From an uncultured Spirochaetaceae bacterium (GTDB lineage Bacteria > Myxococcota_A > UBA9160 > UBA4427), in NCBI GenBank assembly GCA_964565565.1, contig CAZMFM010000013.1:1-60921 (forward strand): DNA of 60,921 bases, written 5' to 3'. Positions within the stretch are counted from its first letter, which is position 1. Every line of letters starts with the position of its first letter. This document shows positions 9,272-18,054 of the stretch, one piece after another. The position numbers and the translations under genes are program-made. The notes below the pieces were generated by a model. It saw only the letters and a list, made by a program, of their open reading frames with translations. It had not been told where the DNA came from and did not search any database.

Positions 9272-10357
9272 ATGATCGATTTCGAGCCGAGTGAAGAGCA
9301 AGCCCTGATCATCGAAACGGTTCACGCCTTTGCAGAAAACGAAATCCGGCCGCGCTGTCGCGAAGCCGATGAATCCGGCGTGCCACCGAAAAACGTGGTC
9401 GAAGCCGCCCATGAACTCGGCTTGGTCGCCAATGCCCTGCCCGAAGAGCACGGCGGAGGCGGTGAACGATCCGCGCTGACCGGCGCATTGATCGCCGAGG
9501 AGTTGGCGTGGGGTGACCTGGCCATCGCCCTGGCGATCCTATCCCCGGGTCTGCTCGGCTTTCCGATCGCCGATTTCGGCAGCGAATCCCAACGCAGCGA
9601 AGTCCTGCCCGGTCTGATGGACGGCCATTTCACCCCCGGCTCCCTGGCCATCGTCGAGCCGAGATTCGATTTCGACGTGAATCACCCACAGACAATTGCC
9701 AAACGGGACGGCGACGAGTTTCTGCTCGATGGCGTGAAGTGCCAAGTGCCCTGGCTCGAGGGCGGTCGGCACGTGATCGTGATTGCGGCGGATGAAGCGG
9801 GTCTGGCCGCGTTCCTCCTGACCCGGGACATCGACGGACTTTCCGCTGTACCGGAGTTGATGATGGGGCTCGGTGGATTGCCGACGGTCGAACTCACGCT
9901 TTCTGGAGTGCGTGTCCCCGCGAGCGCTCGACTCTCCGCCAGCGACCGGGATCTGAGGAACATGGTCGACGGCGGGCGCATCGCCCTCGCGGCCGCCGGC
10001 GTCGGAACCGCACGGGCCTCATACGAAGTCTCCCGAGACTACGCGAAGGAACGCGAGACCTTCGGCCAGCCGATTGCCACGCGTCAGGCGATTGCCTTCA
10101 AGCTCGCCGACATGGCGATCGAGATCGATGGCGCCCGACTCCTCGTCTGGGAAGCCGCCACGGCCCTCGACCGCGGCGAAGACGTGACACGACTAGCACG
10201 GCTTGCCTACGACCAGACCATGCGTGTGGCCCTGACCGTGACGGACGGCGCAGTCCAGGTCTACGGCGGTCACGGATACATTCGCGACTACCTTCCGGAG
10301 CTGCACCTTCGAAACGTTGCCGGTTTTGCCAGCTTCGAATCGCTTGTCCTCCTCTAG
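9272..10357 (+). CDS. Acyl-CoA dehydrogenase family protein, FadE24-like (short C-terminus)
   Basis: ATG 9272 after gggaga; EELAWGD, YAKERETFGQPIATRQAIAFKLADM, AVQVYGGHGY; ends at FESLVLL without the usual final helix. Confidence 0.85.
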   Translation: MIDFEPSEEQALIIETVHAFAENEIRPRCREADESGVPPKNVVEAAHELGLVANALPEEHGGGGERSALTGALIAEELAWGDLAIALAILSPGLLGFPIADFGSESQRSEVLPGLMDGHFTPGSLAIVEPRFDFDVNHPQTIAKRDGDEFLLDGVKCQVPWLEGGRHVIVIAADEAGLAAFLLTRDIDGLSAVPELMMGLGGLPTVELTLSGVRVPASARLSASDRDLRNMVDGGRIALAAAGVGTARASYEVSRDYAKERETFGQPIATRQAIAFKLADMAIEIDGARLLVWEAATALDRGEDVTRLARLAYDQTMRVALTVTDGAVQVYGGHGYIRDYLPELHLRNVAGFASFESLVLL

Positions 10358-10441
10358 CTTCAGATTTTCTCTTCGACCCGTCCTTTCGACCCATCCTTCG
10401 ATCTGCACGATTCGCGACCATAGTCTCAGGAGCCACATAAC

Positions 10442-11671
10442 ATGCCTATCAGCTTCGAACTCTCCGAGGGAAGCAAGCTTGCCCAGGCCCACTACCACGC
10501 GGTCGCCGTCGAGAAGATGCGACCCATATCGCGCAAATACGACCTCGCCGAGCACACGCTACCAACCGAATGGGTCGACTATTGGTGGGATGAGGGACGC
10601 TTCGCCTTCCAGGACAAGAGCGCACCAACGGATGGCTTCGTAACGATCTGCCTGCAAGCCGAGGAGCTCTGTTGGGGGGACGCAGGGCTCTACCTGCGGA
10701 TGCCGACTCCGGCGCTCGGTGGTTCCGCCGTAAGTTCAGCGGGCACCAGCGACCAGAGAAAGCAATTCATGTCGGCCTTCCGGGAAAAGGGCGGACATCC
10801 AATCTGGGGCGCCATGGCCATCACCGAACCCCAGGCTGGATCCGACGCCGCCGCGATCGAAACGACCGCCGATTTCGACCCCGATACAGAAGAATGGATC
10901 CTGAACGGAACGAAGATCTTCTGCACGGCTGGCGAAGGCGCATCGACAGCGGAGGGCGGCTTCATCGTCGTCTGGGCAACGATCGACAAAAGCGCTGGAC
11001 GCGGCGGAATCAAATCGTTCGTCGTGATGGCGAATACGCCGGGCATGGAGCTCATCGGATGCGAAAAGAAACTCGGAATTCGCGCCTCTGACACGGCCAC
11101 ACTGCGCTTCGACAATTGCCGTGTACCGAATGGCAACCTGCTCGGAAGCGCAGAGGTCCGAAAGAAGGACCCCACCAAGACCGGGGACAAAGGATTCAAA
11201 GGCGCCATGGCGACCTTCGATGCGAGTCGCCCGATCGTTGCAGCCATGGCCACCGGCGTTGGTCGCGCCGCCCTCGACTTCCTCAAAGAAGAACTCGCAC
11301 GACAGGGCATCGAGATTCGCTACGACGCGCCGCCAAGAGAACTAACGGCGATCGAGCGAGACGTGATCGAAATGGAAGCGGACCTGCAGGCCGCGCGTCT
11401 ACTTACCTGGCGCGCTGCCTGGATGATGAATACCGGCAAGCGCAATAATCTCGAAGCTTCGATGGCCAAGGCCAAGGCTGGTCTGGCCGTCACCAAGATC
11501 ACCCAGAAAACGGTCCAGATTCTCGGACCGGTCGGCTACTCGAAAAAGTTGTTGGTCGAAAAATGGATGAGGGACGCGAAGATCAACGACATCTACGAAG
11601 GAACGCAGCAGATCAACCAATTGATCGTCGCTCGTCGCATTCTCGACTACCCCTCGGCGATGCTGCGCTAG
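10442..11671 (+). CDS. Acyl-CoA dehydrogenase, FadE23-like
   Basis: MAITEPQAGSD, KLGIRASDT, EKWMRDAKINDIYEGTQQINQLIVARRIL with catalytic Glu in YEG; RBS aggag. Confidence 0.9.
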   Translation: MPISFELSEGSKLAQAHYHAVAVEKMRPISRKYDLAEHTLPTEWVDYWWDEGRFAFQDKSAPTDGFVTICLQAEELCWGDAGLYLRMPTPALGGSAVSSAGTSDQRKQFMSAFREKGGHPIWGAMAITEPQAGSDAAAIETTADFDPDTEEWILNGTKIFCTAGEGASTAEGGFIVVWATIDKSAGRGGIKSFVVMANTPGMELIGCEKKLGIRASDTATLRFDNCRVPNGNLLGSAEVRKKDPTKTGDKGFKGAMATFDASRPIVAAMATGVGRAALDFLKEELARQGIEIRYDAPPRELTAIERDVIEMEADLQAARLLTWRAAWMMNTGKRNNLEASMAKAKAGLAVTKITQKTVQILGPVGYSKKLLVEKWMRDAKINDIYEGTQQINQLIVARRILDYPSAMLR

Positions 11672-11765
11672 ATTTTCGACTCGACCCACCACCGGGAAGG
11701 AAGGGCCAGGCGAAGCACCCGAACATCTGCCTGGAAGCCATCCCCAGAACCTTCAACACGGAATA

Positions 11766-12023
11766 ATGGCCATGCCGATCGACAATGAACTACTCGAAAT
11801 CCTGATCTGCCCCGAATCGAGGCAACCGGTCTCCCTCGCTTCCGCAGAGATCCTCGAGCGATTGAACGCCGAAATCGAGGCCAGCCGCCTGCGCAATCGA
11901 GGTGGGGACGTCGTCGAGAAGCGGATCGAGGAAGGCCTGCTGCGGGAAGACGGAAAGATCCTCTACATCATCGACGACAGCATCCCGATCATGCTGATCG
12001 ATCAGTCGATCGATCTCGGATAG
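11766..12023 (+). CDS. Trm112/YcaR family protein
   Basis: LLEILICP...YIIDDSIPIMLID pattern, 85 aa (alternative start 11772). Confidence 0.85.
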   Translation: MAMPIDNELLEILICPESRQPVSLASAEILERLNAEIEASRLRNRGGDVVEKRIEEGLLREDGKILYIIDDSIPIMLIDQSIDLG

Positions 12024-12052
12024 CCGCCACCTACTGTAGTCGCCACCTACTG
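12021..12052. repeat. 16-nt tandem duplication spanning the stops of both convergent genes
   Basis: tagccgccacctactg / tagtcgccacctactg (15/16 identical). Confidence 0.8.
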
Positions 12053-12823
12053 CGCGAACTCGCGGCGCTTCAATTCTTTCACGTACTCGGTGAGTTCGTC
12101 GTCGGCGGCGACCACTTTCGAAATTTCTTCCTCGAAGCGGAGCGCGTCTTCCTTCATTTTTTGCAAATCGAAGGGAATGTCCAGGTACTGAGAAACCTTG
12201 CGAAGGAGTGCGAGAGCGCCGCGCGGGTTCGGCGCCGCGCTGATGTAATGAGGCAAGCCCGCCCAGAACGAGAGCACCTCTATCCCCTCATCGTTCAGTG
12301 CATTCGACAACACACCCACGATTCCCGTCGGCCCTTCATAGGTCGTCGGCTCGATCTCAAAACGTTCGAGCAGTCCCGGATCGCTCGAGAAACCCGTCAC
12401 CACGACAGGCTGGGAATAGACGACATCGGCAAGATAGGCGCCGAGGAAGAGAACACGACGAACGCCCATATCGACGGCCAACTCGACGATTGCCTCGCAA
12501 TAACTCCGCCAGCGCATATGCGGCTCGATCCCCAGGCCGGTAATCAACTCCAGCCCCTCTTCGCTCACGCCGTACCTGAATTCATTCGAAGGCCAAACGA
12601 TCGGGCTCGACTCGCCAGCCTTGTACTGGACTTCCGGCCGAAGAACGGTGAAGTCGTAGTAGTCGTCGGGATCGATCTCCGCCAACGGAACGCCCCGAAG
12701 CGTTTCATCGATGAATTTCAACGCCGAAGTCGCCGCTTCACAAGCGTCGTTCCATCCTTCGAACGCCAACAATAATGTCGGCTCACCAAGGATCGGCTGT
12801 ACGTGCATTCGAAGAGAACTCAT
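12047..12823 (-). CDS. PAC2 (proteasome assembly chaperone 2) family protein
   Basis: AFEGWNDA, IDPDDYYDFTVLRP, GIEPHMRWRSY, YEGPTGIVGVL, WAGLPHY, NPRGALALL, EYVKEL; start taken at MSSLRMH. Confidence 0.85.
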   Translation of the reverse strand: MSSLRMHVQPILGEPTLLLAFEGWNDACEAATSALKFIDETLRGVPLAEIDPDDYYDFTVLRPEVQYKAGESSPIVWPSNEFRYGVSEEGLELITGLGIEPHMRWRSYCEAIVELAVDMGVRRVLFLGAYLADVVYSQPVVVTGFSSDPGLLERFEIEPTTYEGPTGIVGVLSNALNDEGIEVLSFWAGLPHYISAAPNPRGALALLRKVSQYLDIPFDLQKMKEDALRFEEEISKVVAADDELTEYVKELKRREFAQ

Positions 12824-12895
12824 GACACGGACAGGGTGGCACGATCCGACCACCTTTCACAAGCCAAAAGATCCAAAGAAGAAAAATCCGACAAC

Positions 12896-13627
12896 CTATC
12901 GTTCGAAACGGTATCCCCGACCCCGCACCGAAAGAATATGTTCCGGCCGACTCGGATCGCGCTCTAGATAGCGGCGTAGGCGAACGATGAAGCTGTCGAT
13001 GACGCGGGTCTTCGTATCGGGGCGCAATCCCCAGACCTCTTGCAAAAGTTCCCCCCGTGTGACCGTTTCTCCTTCGCGATCCACCAACGCTCGCAACAAT
13101 CCAACTTCACGCGTCGTCAAGCTCACCGTTTCATCCGGTGTCTCGATCGCGAATCGATCGAAATGAATCACCGACTGCCCGACAGCGACATCGGCCAGCG
13201 GTTCGTTCGCCGTGGCCACACCATCCCAGCGCCTTCGTCGCAAGAGAACCCGCACACGTGCGAGCAACTCATCCAGGCGAAAGGGTTTCGTGAGATAATC
13301 ATCCGCCCCTTCTTCGAGGCCGCGAACGATATCCAGTGCATCGTCCTTGGCGGTCAACATCAAGATCGGCACGAGATTGCCGGATGCGCGCGTGCGACGA
13401 GCCACCTCGAAGCCACTCATTTCCGGCAACATCAGGTCGAGAATCACCAGATCGAAGGGGTGGTCCCCGGATTGCGCGAGCAGGTCAACGGCCTTCCGCC
13501 CATCGCCCGCTACCTCGACCTGGTAGTCCTCCTGTTCGAGATTGAATTGAATTCCCTCGGCGATATGCGCCTCATCCTCGACGACGAGAATTCGCCCCTG
13601 GTGACCGTTAAAGGAGGCGTCGCTCAT
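12896..13627 (-). CDS. OmpR/PhoB-family DNA-binding response regulator
   Basis: ILVVEDE, ILDLMLP (phospho-Asp), GADDYLTKPF, winged helix TRVIDSFIVRLR, VRGRGYRF. Confidence 0.93.
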   Translation of the reverse strand: MSDASFNGHQGRILVVEDEAHIAEGIQFNLEQEDYQVEVAGDGRKAVDLLAQSGDHPFDLVILDLMLPEMSGFEVARRTRASGNLVPILMLTAKDDALDIVRGLEEGADDYLTKPFRLDELLARVRVLLRRRRWDGVATANEPLADVAVGQSVIHFDRFAIETPDETVSLTTREVGLLRALVDREGETVTRGELLQEVWGLRPDTKTRVIDSFIVRLRRYLERDPSRPEHILSVRGRGYRFER

Positions 13628-14541
13628 GCCGGCCGCAACGTCACAACGAATCGACTGCCACGCCCCGCGCCCTCAGACAAGGCAACGATTCGCCCGCCAT
13701 GCTTTCGCAACAAACTTCGAACGACGAAGAGTCCGAGTCCGAGCCCCGAGACCTGTCGTTGTACATCTCGGCTCGCGCGGTAGAAACGTCGAAAGATCCG
13801 ACGCAATTCGTGTTTCGGAATGCCGATTCCCTGGTCCGAAATCTCGACACGGATCCGACCGTCATTGGTCTCTTCGATCCCGACGCGAATCCGGACCGGA
13901 TCTTCCGAATATTTCACAGCGTTCTCGAAGAGATTCCGAAACACCAGGCCTAATTCGTCCGCGTCTCCGCGTACGCGGAGCGGTCGCGTCCTGGAAATCT
14001 CGATCGAGTCCCCTTCGAGATGGTGTCGCTCGCGCAACTCGCCGATGTTGTCCTCCAACAAACCCTGCAACTCGACCTCAGCCGTCGACGATTTCGAATG
14101 AAGCGTCTCCTCCGCCCGCGCCGCGGAGAGCACGGAGCCGACCGTCCTTTCGAGTCGGTCGAGATCCTCGCTCATGCGACCGATGAACTCCCCACGCTTT
14201 TTCGCTTCCAGCTCATGCCTTGCCAAGGTCTCGAGACCCAGACGAAAGGAGGACAATGGCGTTTTCAACTCGTGTGTCACCGCATCGAGAAAGGCGCGCT
14301 GAGATTGATTCAGCCGCATCTCGAGGACGAGTTTGACGCAGAGCCAGATCAGCCCGGCGAAGACGAAAAGAAAAAACAGGCTGCCGAGTACGAAGAGCAC
14401 CGCATCGAGACGCGACAACCCCGCCCCAACTTGCGAGTCGTCACCCCAGACGAGAATCTGCCAGCCGATCGCCAGGGCGAGTACCAGCACCATCGAGATG
14501 ATCCCGATGACGAGCGGACCTCCGATCGAACGACGCGGCAT
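13624..14541 (-). CDS. Sensor histidine kinase (two TMs, short loop, HisKA + HATPase)
   Basis: THELKTPL, NLFENAVKY, DQGIGI, GLGLGL; 4-nt overlap with the regulator; start taken at MPRRSIGG. Confidence 0.92.
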   Translation of the reverse strand: MPRRSIGGPLVIGIISMVLVLALAIGWQILVWGDDSQVGAGLSRLDAVLFVLGSLFFLFVFAGLIWLCVKLVLEMRLNQSQRAFLDAVTHELKTPLSSFRLGLETLARHELEAKKRGEFIGRMSEDLDRLERTVGSVLSAARAEETLHSKSSTAEVELQGLLEDNIGELRERHHLEGDSIEISRTRPLRVRGDADELGLVFRNLFENAVKYSEDPVRIRVGIEETNDGRIRVEISDQGIGIPKHELRRIFRRFYRASRDVQRQVSGLGLGLFVVRSLLRKHGGRIVALSEGAGRGSRFVVTLRPA

Positions 14542-14837
14542 GACTCTCCCGGCTGGACGTGCCAGCTCTCCCCCGGCTTGAACAGAGAGCCTAGTCGCGG
14601 TGCGCCGGGACGTCACGCGAGGACGCACGCTGGCACGACCAAGCGTCCTTCGGTCGAGCGCGCAAAGCTGGCAGGCCTGCTCGAAAACCGCTTCCCTAGG
14701 TCGCTGTCGCTCTAAGTCGTGTCTGGTCTGGTCTGGGCGCGGCGAACGAACCTGAACAAGAAGGCGTCACGACGCCGCGAACTCGCGAGGTCCGGCGACT
14801 CGCCAGAACGAATCGAAACCTTTGAGAAGGAGCCCTC

Positions 14838-15611
14838 TTGAGCGATGCCCAACCGATCACTGGCTGTACACCCGGGGACATCGCGGAGCGCGTATTTCTT
14901 TGCGGCGACCCGGCACGCGTCGAATTGATCAGCGAAAACTGGGAATCCAAGCGCGAGGTCTGTTCCGTGCGCGAGTTCACGATCGTCACGGGCGAAAAGG
15001 AGGGTGTCGCACTTTCCGCCGCCTCCCACGGCATCGGCGCCCCCGGCACGGCCGTCTTGATCGAAGAACTGATCAAGCTCGGCGCCAGGAAAATGATCCG
15101 AATCGGCAATTCCGGCGGGCTCGATCCCGAACTCGAACTCGGCGATCTCGTCATCAGCGAAGGCTGTGTGCGCGATGACGGCACGAGCAAGACCTACGTC
15201 GTGCCCGAGTACCCGGCCGTCGCAAGTTGGGAAATCGTCGGCGCCCTGGTCACCGCCGCCGCCGAGCAGAAGGTCCCCGCAAAGACCGGCATCACCTGGT
15301 CACTCGACGCCTTCTATGCGCGCAATGCGGTCGCGGGTCACGGCGACACGATGCAAAGCATGTCGGTCGACGGCTATTGGCCGAGCCACCTCGAAGCCCG
15401 CATCCGCGACATGCAACACGCTCGCATCCTCAACTGCGAAATGGAAGCCGGCATCCTACTCACCCTCGCCAACCTTTTCGGCATCCGGGCCGGCGCGATC
15501 TGCGTCGTCTCCGACCGAACCCCCTGGCCCGGCCCCAACGAACTCGACATCAACCGCAACATGAAAGCCTGCATCGCCATCGCCACACAAGCCATGCTCT
15601 CGCTCGCATAA
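14838..15611 (+). CDS. Nucleoside phosphorylase (uridine phosphorylase/PNP_UDP_1 family)
   Basis: GDPARV, SHGIGAP, IRIGNSGG, VRDDGTS, NCEMEA. Confidence 0.88.
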   Translation: MSDAQPITGCTPGDIAERVFLCGDPARVELISENWESKREVCSVREFTIVTGEKEGVALSAASHGIGAPGTAVLIEELIKLGARKMIRIGNSGGLDPELELGDLVISEGCVRDDGTSKTYVVPEYPAVASWEIVGALVTAAAEQKVPAKTGITWSLDAFYARNAVAGHGDTMQSMSVDGYWPSHLEARIRDMQHARILNCEMEAGILLTLANLFGIRAGAICVVSDRTPWPGPNELDINRNMKACIAIATQAMLSLA

Positions 15612-15625
15612 GAGGTCAAGCCGCC

Positions 15626-16219
15626 ATGGAGCAACTCGTACGAGACACGTTTCTCGAGATGACGAACCCGTCTCAGGCAATTCCGTTCAAGAGTGAGACG
15701 AGACTCGAAGTTCGACAAGCAGAGATCCCCTGCGCGGAAACGAGCCGATTCTTCTACACAACCGTAGGAGCCGACTGGGGATGGTACGACCGGCTCGGAT
15801 GGGACCGAGCCCGCTGGCTGGCACATGCTAGTCGACCAGATTTGTCGACCTGGATCGGATTCCAGAAAGGAAGCCCAGCCGGATATTTCGAATTGGTATC
15901 CCACCCAAAGAGCGAAACCGAAATCTTGTCTTTCGGCCTACTCCCCGGCTTCCTCGGATGCGGATTGGGCCAGGAGCTCCTGACCGCCGCGATCAAATGT
16001 GCCTGGGGAAACGACGCCAACCGTATCTGGCTCAGCACGTGCAGCCTCGATCACCCTCGAGCCCTCCCCAACTACCAGGCCGCCGGGTTCACGCTCTTCA
16101 AGACCACCGAAGCCCTGGCAACCCTCCCCGACCACCCGATCACCTTCTGGCCCACGCCCAACACCACAAACGAGAACGAGCCCGTCAGCCCCGACTCCTC
16201 CTCCATCCCCACTCCCTAG
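15626..16219 (+). CDS. GNAT family N-acetyltransferase
   Basis: Start at ATG 15626 after agagg; PAGYFEL, FGLLPGFLGCGLG (motif A), IWLSTCSLDHPRALPNYQAAGF. Confidence 0.85.
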   Translation: MEQLVRDTFLEMTNPSQAIPFKSETRLEVRQAEIPCAETSRFFYTTVGADWGWYDRLGWDRARWLAHASRPDLSTWIGFQKGSPAGYFELVSHPKSETEILSFGLLPGFLGCGLGQELLTAAIKCAWGNDANRIWLSTCSLDHPRALPNYQAAGFTLFKTTEALATLPDHPITFWPTPNTTNENEPVSPDSSSIPTP

Positions 16220-16250
16220 CCGAAGCGACCCCTGGCACGAAAAGGAGCGG

Positions 16251-16403
16251 GCGGCGCGACGCGGTGTGGATTTCGTGAAATAGAGCGCAGGCCTACCTTG
16301 GGCCTATCCAGAATTTCCATACGACAGACGGGCGCACAATGTGCTCAGCCGGTCCGCACTCTGCCGGCCGAGCCATTCACGAAATCCGCGCCGCGCCGGC
16401 CGC
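16251..16403. repeat. Long imperfect inverted repeat enclosing ~96 nt (MITE-like or structured-RNA candidate)
   Basis: cgcggtgtggatttcgtgaa (16260-16279) pairs with ttcacgaaatccgcgccgcg (16376-16395), 18 Watson-Crick + 2 G-U on the + strand; outer gcggc/gccgc; lies between convergent genes. Confidence 0.65.
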
Positions 16404-16416
16404 GTCTATTCAGCAC

Positions 16417-17814
16417 CTATTCAGCAACCAGCTCCACCGGAATCGGCATGATATTCCAGGTCAAGATACTCCGATTATCCTGACGCTCGTAGATCTCCTC
16501 TTTCAAGATCCGCCGTCCGTCCCAAACATAACGTCGAAGCGCCTTGTCGTTGTCGCTCGCGACATACAATTCCTGAAGTCCATCACCATCGAGATCCGTC
16601 GCGATCACAGCATGCTCGAAGCTGCTCGACCTGCGGTCGATCGCTTTCTTGCGCCAGGGTTTCGTCGGGTCGTCCCCGGGCCGCAACCACCAGACACCCT
16701 TCTGAAAGAGTGCCACGACGATTTCCTTCTTGCCGTCGCCATCGAGATCACTCGGCGTCATGAAACGGCCGAGACGATCGTCGAGTTCAGCGATCACGAC
16801 GCCCTGGTCCGGCGGCGTATCCGCCTCGTAGCGCCAGACTTCCGTGCGGTGGAGCAGTCCTCGACCTTCCGGATTCTTTTGGCCTTCGACGAGGACGTAG
16901 AGCTCATCCCGGCCGTTGCCATCGAGGTCTTCGACCAGGATTTCCTTGGCGTGGCGCTCGCCGAGATCGGCCACGACCACGCGGCCTTCGCCCTTGGCGG
17001 GCGTATAGCGAACGACCCGCCCCGATTGGCTCGAGCCATCGAGCCTGTTCGGCTCGGAAGGCGTGGCATAGATTTCGATCGTGCCATCGCCATCGACGTC
17101 GCCGAGTTCGATCTCGTGAACGAAGGTGTCTTTTTCCGAGTCGAGCTCGGTGACCGCGTACCCGCCGTCCTTGGGTCGAATGACGGCGACCACACCCTGA
17201 TCGTGGGTCGCTACGACGATGACGTTGGATCCGTCCCCGTCGACGTCGCCCACTTCGATGTCGCGGATGCGTGAGAAGCGACCGCCGAAATCCTTCTCCC
17301 AGAGTATCTGGGATTCGAAGGCGCCATCCTGCTTCGTCCAGAGTTTCACGATCGCTCGCGTGCCACCTCCCGTCAGCAACGCCATCTCTCCATCGGGCCG
17401 CTCGTAGGCGAGGCCCTTGTGGAAGACGTTGCTATCGGGATCGGTCATCCTGGTCGTAACCCATTCGCCGCCACGGCGAGCGATGAATTCAAGTTCGGCG
17501 GGCATCGGCACCGGCATCCCCTCGTCCCCGGGCTGACGCTCCTCGAAAGCGGATAGGGCCAATACCAACGCCAGCGGCAGATCGTCGGGCAACGCAGGCT
17601 TCCCGATCTCATGCCGGTCGGGGCGCGCCGGGGCAGAAGTTTTCGTGGCCGAAGCCGCGGTCCCGGCCGCGCCTTCCTTCGTTGCGTCCTCGTCCCCACA
17701 ACCCGCCGAGATCCCAACGGCAGAGCAGAACAGGATCGCCATTCCCAGGGCTCGCGCCGCGCGCTTTCCGCGTGGATCCGTTTCGTTTGCGACTCGACAA
17801 TCAGGCGAATTCAT
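16417..17814 (-). CDS. FG-GAP/VCBS-repeat beta-propeller lipoprotein
   Basis: Lipobox SAGC; repeated Ca-binding motifs GDVDGDG (x2), DLDGNGRDEL, DLDGDGKKEI, DLDGDGLQEL; true start may be slightly downstream. Confidence 0.8.
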   Translation of the reverse strand: MNSPDCRVANETDPRGKRAARALGMAILFCSAVGISAGCGDEDATKEGAAGTAASATKTSAPARPDRHEIGKPALPDDLPLALVLALSAFEERQPGDEGMPVPMPAELEFIARRGGEWVTTRMTDPDSNVFHKGLAYERPDGEMALLTGGGTRAIVKLWTKQDGAFESQILWEKDFGGRFSRIRDIEVGDVDGDGSNVIVVATHDQGVVAVIRPKDGGYAVTELDSEKDTFVHEIELGDVDGDGTIEIYATPSEPNRLDGSSQSGRVVRYTPAKGEGRVVVADLGERHAKEILVEDLDGNGRDELYVLVEGQKNPEGRGLLHRTEVWRYEADTPPDQGVVIAELDDRLGRFMTPSDLDGDGKKEIVVALFQKGVWWLRPGDDPTKPWRKKAIDRRSSSFEHAVIATDLDGDGLQELYVASDNDKALRRYVWDGRRILKEEIYERQDNRSILTWNIMPIPVELVAE

Positions 17815-18054
17815 GGCCGTGTTCTCCCCAGATCGACTCCGTTAGCGGCGCCCGATCGGCAAGGTTTGTAGCAATCCCCTCGACGATTGCGCAGTTGTCG
17901 GCGACGAAGAAGTCGGCTCGGCTTCCCGGACGTGATTTTTGGCGGCCTCGCCCGCCCGAGCGTGGTATTCCCTCCCTGCCGAGTGAAGTCATGGGGAACG
18001 CGTTCGCCTCGTGAGAGGTCATCCACGTTGTGCCAGACCAGGAAGGAATCGCCC

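Noticed and set aside
10372-10403. ttcgacccgtcct / ttcgacccatcc / ttcgatc repeat between the two acyl-CoA dehydrogenase genes
   Set aside because: Only about 2.5 short degenerate units with no spacers; not CRISPR-like and best explained as slippage.
14720-14736. (gtctg)x3 in the kinase/phosphorylase divergent spacer
   Set aside because: Too short to support as an operator or contingency locus.
15227-15625. N-terminal extension of the 330-aa ORF-track call for the GNAT gene
   Set aside because: Out-of-frame overlap with the phosphorylase; the real start with an RBS is at 15626, so this is neither a fusion nor a frameshift.
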